A stretch of 64,000 nt of DNA from Diadema antillarum (Eukaryota), in contig NW_027272223.1 in assembly GCF_040938485.1 (NCBI RefSeq), positions 1 to 64,000 of the forward strand, given 5' to 3'. The position numbers and the translations under genes were made by a program. Of the stretch, positions 60,113 to 64,000 are shown piece after piece. The notes below the pieces were generated by a model. It had not been told where the DNA came from and did not search any database. It saw only the letters and a list, made by a program, of their open reading frames with translations. The first letter of the stretch is position 1; the number at the start of each line of letters is the position of its first letter.

Positions 60113-63100
60113 ATGGCAACACCTGGACCTGGAGTGATTGGAGCAGGAGGTACAGGGGGCAATGCTACTGATACAAGCTGGAGAGTTCCACAATTCAGAC
60201 AAAAAGTTGTGGCTCAAATGTACGTCCCCGGTCTTATTCTTATTAAATTGATAATATTTAAACTTCATTAGTTATTTAATGTGTTCCATGAAATTCTTCC
60301 TTGCTTTGTTTCTGTTTGTGTTTTTGGATCATGTAGTCACTGTTTCTTAATCTGTTCATTTAATTGATCACTGCAGAAAGAAAACATTGCAGATGAAATT
60401 TGAAGTAACACTGTGGCAGATGTTGCACTTACACAGATTAAATTAATCGTGTTGTAAATTAGATTAGACCGAAAGATCAGTCTGTATCGGCACTGCCACT
60501 GGCAGTAAGATTCGACTTCCCCTGCGCCTGCCAAGCAAGGTTTAACCGTGCGCAAAACTGAAAAGCACATACAACATGTAGGTTTCTACATGCAGCAGGT
60601 GGTCAAGTTTTGGATGGTGTTGTGGTCGAATGATGGGCAGCTTTTGTTAAGTGTAAATTTGAATTAGTAAACTTTAAATAGTAAATGCACACCATACCAT
60701 ACACCTCCCATTTCCTTCCATTATTTGTCGATAAAGATCCTTGGCTATCAGAAATATTGGTAATTGAGATAGACCATCTGATGGTTTTATGAAATTTCAA
60801 AGCCAATTTTGGATAAAAAGTAGATGATATATAATATGTACGTAAATGTAAGATAATTCTGTCTCAAAAGTACACTGATCGTGGGCTTTCTCGTAGCACG
60901 ATCGATCACCGATTATGCAGATGAGCAACATTATTATACACAACCACCCATAATCGTGAAATTTATTTAGTAAAACGGCCACTTGTTTGGTCTTGCCCAC
61001 AATAATTACGCCGGCTTGACAGTATAAAAAGGGGAAAGAAAAGGAGTGATCATCTTGTTGCATATGGTGCATGTTTTTGTTTTTTTTTTTTTTGTTTCTT
61101 AATTTTCTCCTGCATGAAATTGCTGCTACCTGTATTAAAGGATCAAAGGATAACAATGTCCAGTGTTCATGGTGTAGTAAAAGAAAAAAGAACAAAAAAG
61201 AAAAGAAAAATGATAGTGAATGCATTAACAGTAGGATCAAAAGTACATCTGTAGGCCTACATGTATTTTCATAGTACAAATTGAGAACTTGAGAGCTACA
61301 GTGTACTGTGCATGATTCTCTGTTCATATGATATTCTGTATGCATTCTGTATGCATTATATTTCTGTGCTTTGTTTCTCCATCTTCAACACTGTACACTC
61401 TTAGGATGAAAACAAAGCTGCCACTTTGCAGGCCAATCCTCAAGTTTTGATTAATTGGTTTTAAGTTGTACAACAGAATCTTTTGTGTCTGAGCAAACCT
61501 ACAGTTTTGTGTCATCAGCAAACATGATGACATTGAACTTAAAATTTTGTACCTACATCTAGGAGATCATTGACAAAGATTTAAAAAAGGGTTGGACCCA
61601 ACACGCTGCCTTGAGGCACGCTACTCAGTTGTTTTCCCCAAGAGGACTCTTTACCACCAACCACTACTCTCTTCCACCTACCCATCAGAAAAGACTTCTG
61701 CCATACAAGAAGGTTATCACGTTTATTAAACCAAAAGATTCCAACTTTACCAGGAGACATTTATTTTTTATTTTTCTTCTACTATTAGTACTAAGACATG
61801 GTGGCCCACCAGTTGGCTGTGGCCCACTGGTTGAGAAGCACTTCTCTATAAGAATACAGTGTACATGTATGTGCTGCTAAAAATGTAATGGGATGCTAAA
61901 TGAAGCCTGATGTTCTGCACCTCCTCTTCCTTGAATGAGTTCATGGAAGTGCAATTGGCAATGCTTGGTGGTAATGAATTCTGTAATGTTAGGAGCATCT
62001 GGGATAAAGGAGGAGGATTAGGATTTTTTGATGGTTTGATCGAGTTTAAATAGAGCTAAAGGGATGTTGAATTTTATGGATTTTCAAGAGACAATGGTCT
62101 AGCTCAGTGACTATTACAAAGAGGTCATGGATCTACATGTATGTGATCAGGCCACAGATTACACCATAAAATCATACACCAGGGCTGCCAACTCTCACGC
62201 ATTGAGCGTGAGACTCACGCATTTTGGTCCTTTCTCACTCTAAAACATTATTTCATTTGCATGCATTTCTATTGATCTCACTCATTTTGACTCCTAAATT
62301 ATAGCATTGGCCTATGGGAGTCTCACTCTCCACTAGTTTCCAGTGTTGGCAGCCCTAGAATACACTCTCGCAAATTAAAGCTGTGCCCTTCTGTCTTCAA
62401 GTGCTGCCCAACTGCATTCTTTGAGCATGATTTGTTGAAAATCCCTGCACAAGAAGCAGGCAAATTGCTGGTGAACCATTTTAGTCCTGGAGATGAATGA
62501 ATCCCAAACTATCCTGTTTTATATACAGTATATCACAGAACCTTTGTCCTGGATGGATAGTCAAGGATATTTCTCTGTAATAGAAAGCTGCCAATAGCAC
62601 TGTCGTTTTCAGAAGTGACATACATGTAGATCTGCATGTCACAAAAGTGTACATCAGATCTCATCTCAGACCTCAATTCCCCCCCCCCCTTTTTTTTTAA
62701 TGGTGACCCCTCATTCTTAACATAATTACAGTGTTTCTGTTCCTTTTTTTCAGATAATGCACATTTTTACAGAAAAAAGACAAAAAGTTTCCATTAATTA
62801 ATTTGAAATTCAGATAAATGTCATTATTGCTCAAGGCAGACAAAAATTGCTGAATGTTCCGTTAATTTTCTAACTTGAACTATCTGTCTGTAATATTCAT
62901 ACTCAGTGTGCCAATACAAGTACTTTGCCTGCTGTGAATACAATCAGAAAAGTTGTTGTGTGCTTATATCAGATTTGATTGTGGTAATGACTGCTGGTTT
63001 AGTATTTAGAGTGGTATAGATCTATCTTCTGCTTTGGTCATAACATATCGCTTCTGAAATCAAGGACTATATCAAGGAGTTGGAATCAGACTTGTCTTGC

Positions 63101-63641
63101 AGGAAATACTTGTAGGAAAAGAGTATCTTTGACAAATATACATGTAAGGACATTTACTGTCTAACCAGTAAAGACAGACTGATTTTGCTGTAACACACAT
63201 TTCCCATATGATAATGTAGACACCTGCCCGAGTATGCTCAGACTACCTACAGTAGTCTTCAATGGGTTAACAGTCAGGAATTACCATTTAGTATTCTTTG
63301 TTTGCATGGGATTTTTATGAAAATTGGGATGAAAAGACTAGTGACTTGCCTGGAGGCTTGTTGAAAAGTCACTATAAGAACTTGTTTGATATATACAGAT
63401 TACCAAGAAAATCAAAAATTTTCATCAGACTCAATAGCGTGTCAGGTAATGCTTGTTGTTTACACTTTGTGCCAAAATAATGTACTTGCTTTTGTAGTGT
63501 TTCTAAAACTTGTAACATCATTATCAGCCATTGTTTGGTTGTTTTTCATCCAGCGATGATGCCTTGCGAGAAGCTTGCAACCCTATCGAAAAGTCTGGTG
63601 CAGAGCTTGAAAATCACATCTACAGTAGAGCCAAGGATAGG
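60113..63641 (+). CDS. MED15: Mediator subunit 15, first two coding exons (KIX domain start); gene continues beyond the window
   Basis: Exon 60113-60219 MATPGPGVIGAGGTGGNATDTSWRVPQFRQKVVAQI and exon 63554-63641 (I)DDALREACNPIEKSGAELENHIYSRAKDR; phase 2 GT-AG join. It matches recalled MED15 ETDWRSTAFRQKLVSQIEDAMRKAG..SKSSKDMESHVFLKAKTR. Confidence 0.85.
61350..61960 (-). mobile_element. Degenerate CR1 reverse-transcriptase relic in MED15 intron 1
   Basis: Minus-strand fragments SFLMGRWKRVVVGGKESSW, SVPQGSVLGPT, FADDTKL and KWQLCFHP, with frameshifts and stops. Confidence 0.75.
62180..62357. mobile_element. hAT-like MITE
   Basis: CAGGGCTGCCAAC ... GTTGGCAGCCCTA termini; the 8 bp flanks TCATACAC / GAATACAC match at 6 of 8. 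Confidence 0.55.
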
Positions 63642-64000
63642 GTGAGTAACATACACTGTGCATATACATTTGGTGGCTGTTGTTGGTTTCATATTTCCTT
63701 TTCTTTGTGTGTGTGTGTATATGTATACTTCTTTGGAGATTATATTTCATTTCATTTTGTTTTTTTAATCTTTCATCAGGGGAGGGGAGGGGGGCAGTGA
63801 TGGAAAAGAGAGCCTTTGCTCATTGTGTTTATGAATAGGGTTTTGTGAATAAGGAGGATTTTTTTTTTCTGTGTGTGTGCTAGGAAGTGTTCAATTATAA
63901 AAAAATTATTTTTTTCTTTTCTTCAGCAGTAGGCAGCCTCCGTTATTTTGCAGTTGTGGTACAATGTAAATCCGGTGGGTTCAGGTTTAATCAAACAGCT

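Overview
AT-rich animal genomic DNA with spliceosomal introns and no prokaryotic features. The repeat landscape looks like an invertebrate deuterostome, possibly an echinoderm (inference). The first 48.5 kb is a head-to-tail array of four CTHRC1-like genes on the + strand. Each has a signal peptide, a short Gly-X-Y stretch and a Cys-rich C-terminal domain in an identical 4-exon layout. Copy 2 has a TAA at codon 5 and looks like an unequal-crossover chimera of copy 3 (5' part) and copy 1 (3' part). The array holds two long CR1-group (L2/Crack-like) LINEs. One is an 8.3 kb recently inactivated element with a 3.46 kb inter-ORF spacer. The other is a 4.85 kb element with two intact ORFs overlapping at ATGA and a long G-U-rich hairpin in its 3' UTR. 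Many small DNA-transposon derivatives are present, including a compound two-MITE unit with an empty site in the paralogous intron, a 7 x 109 bp array built from a transposon end, and a 726 bp near-perfect palindrome. The last 11 kb holds a complete neuferricin (CYB5D2) gene on the - strand and the first two coding exons of MED15 on the + strand, arranged head to head. All assignments come from reading the sequence; no database search or alignment program was run.
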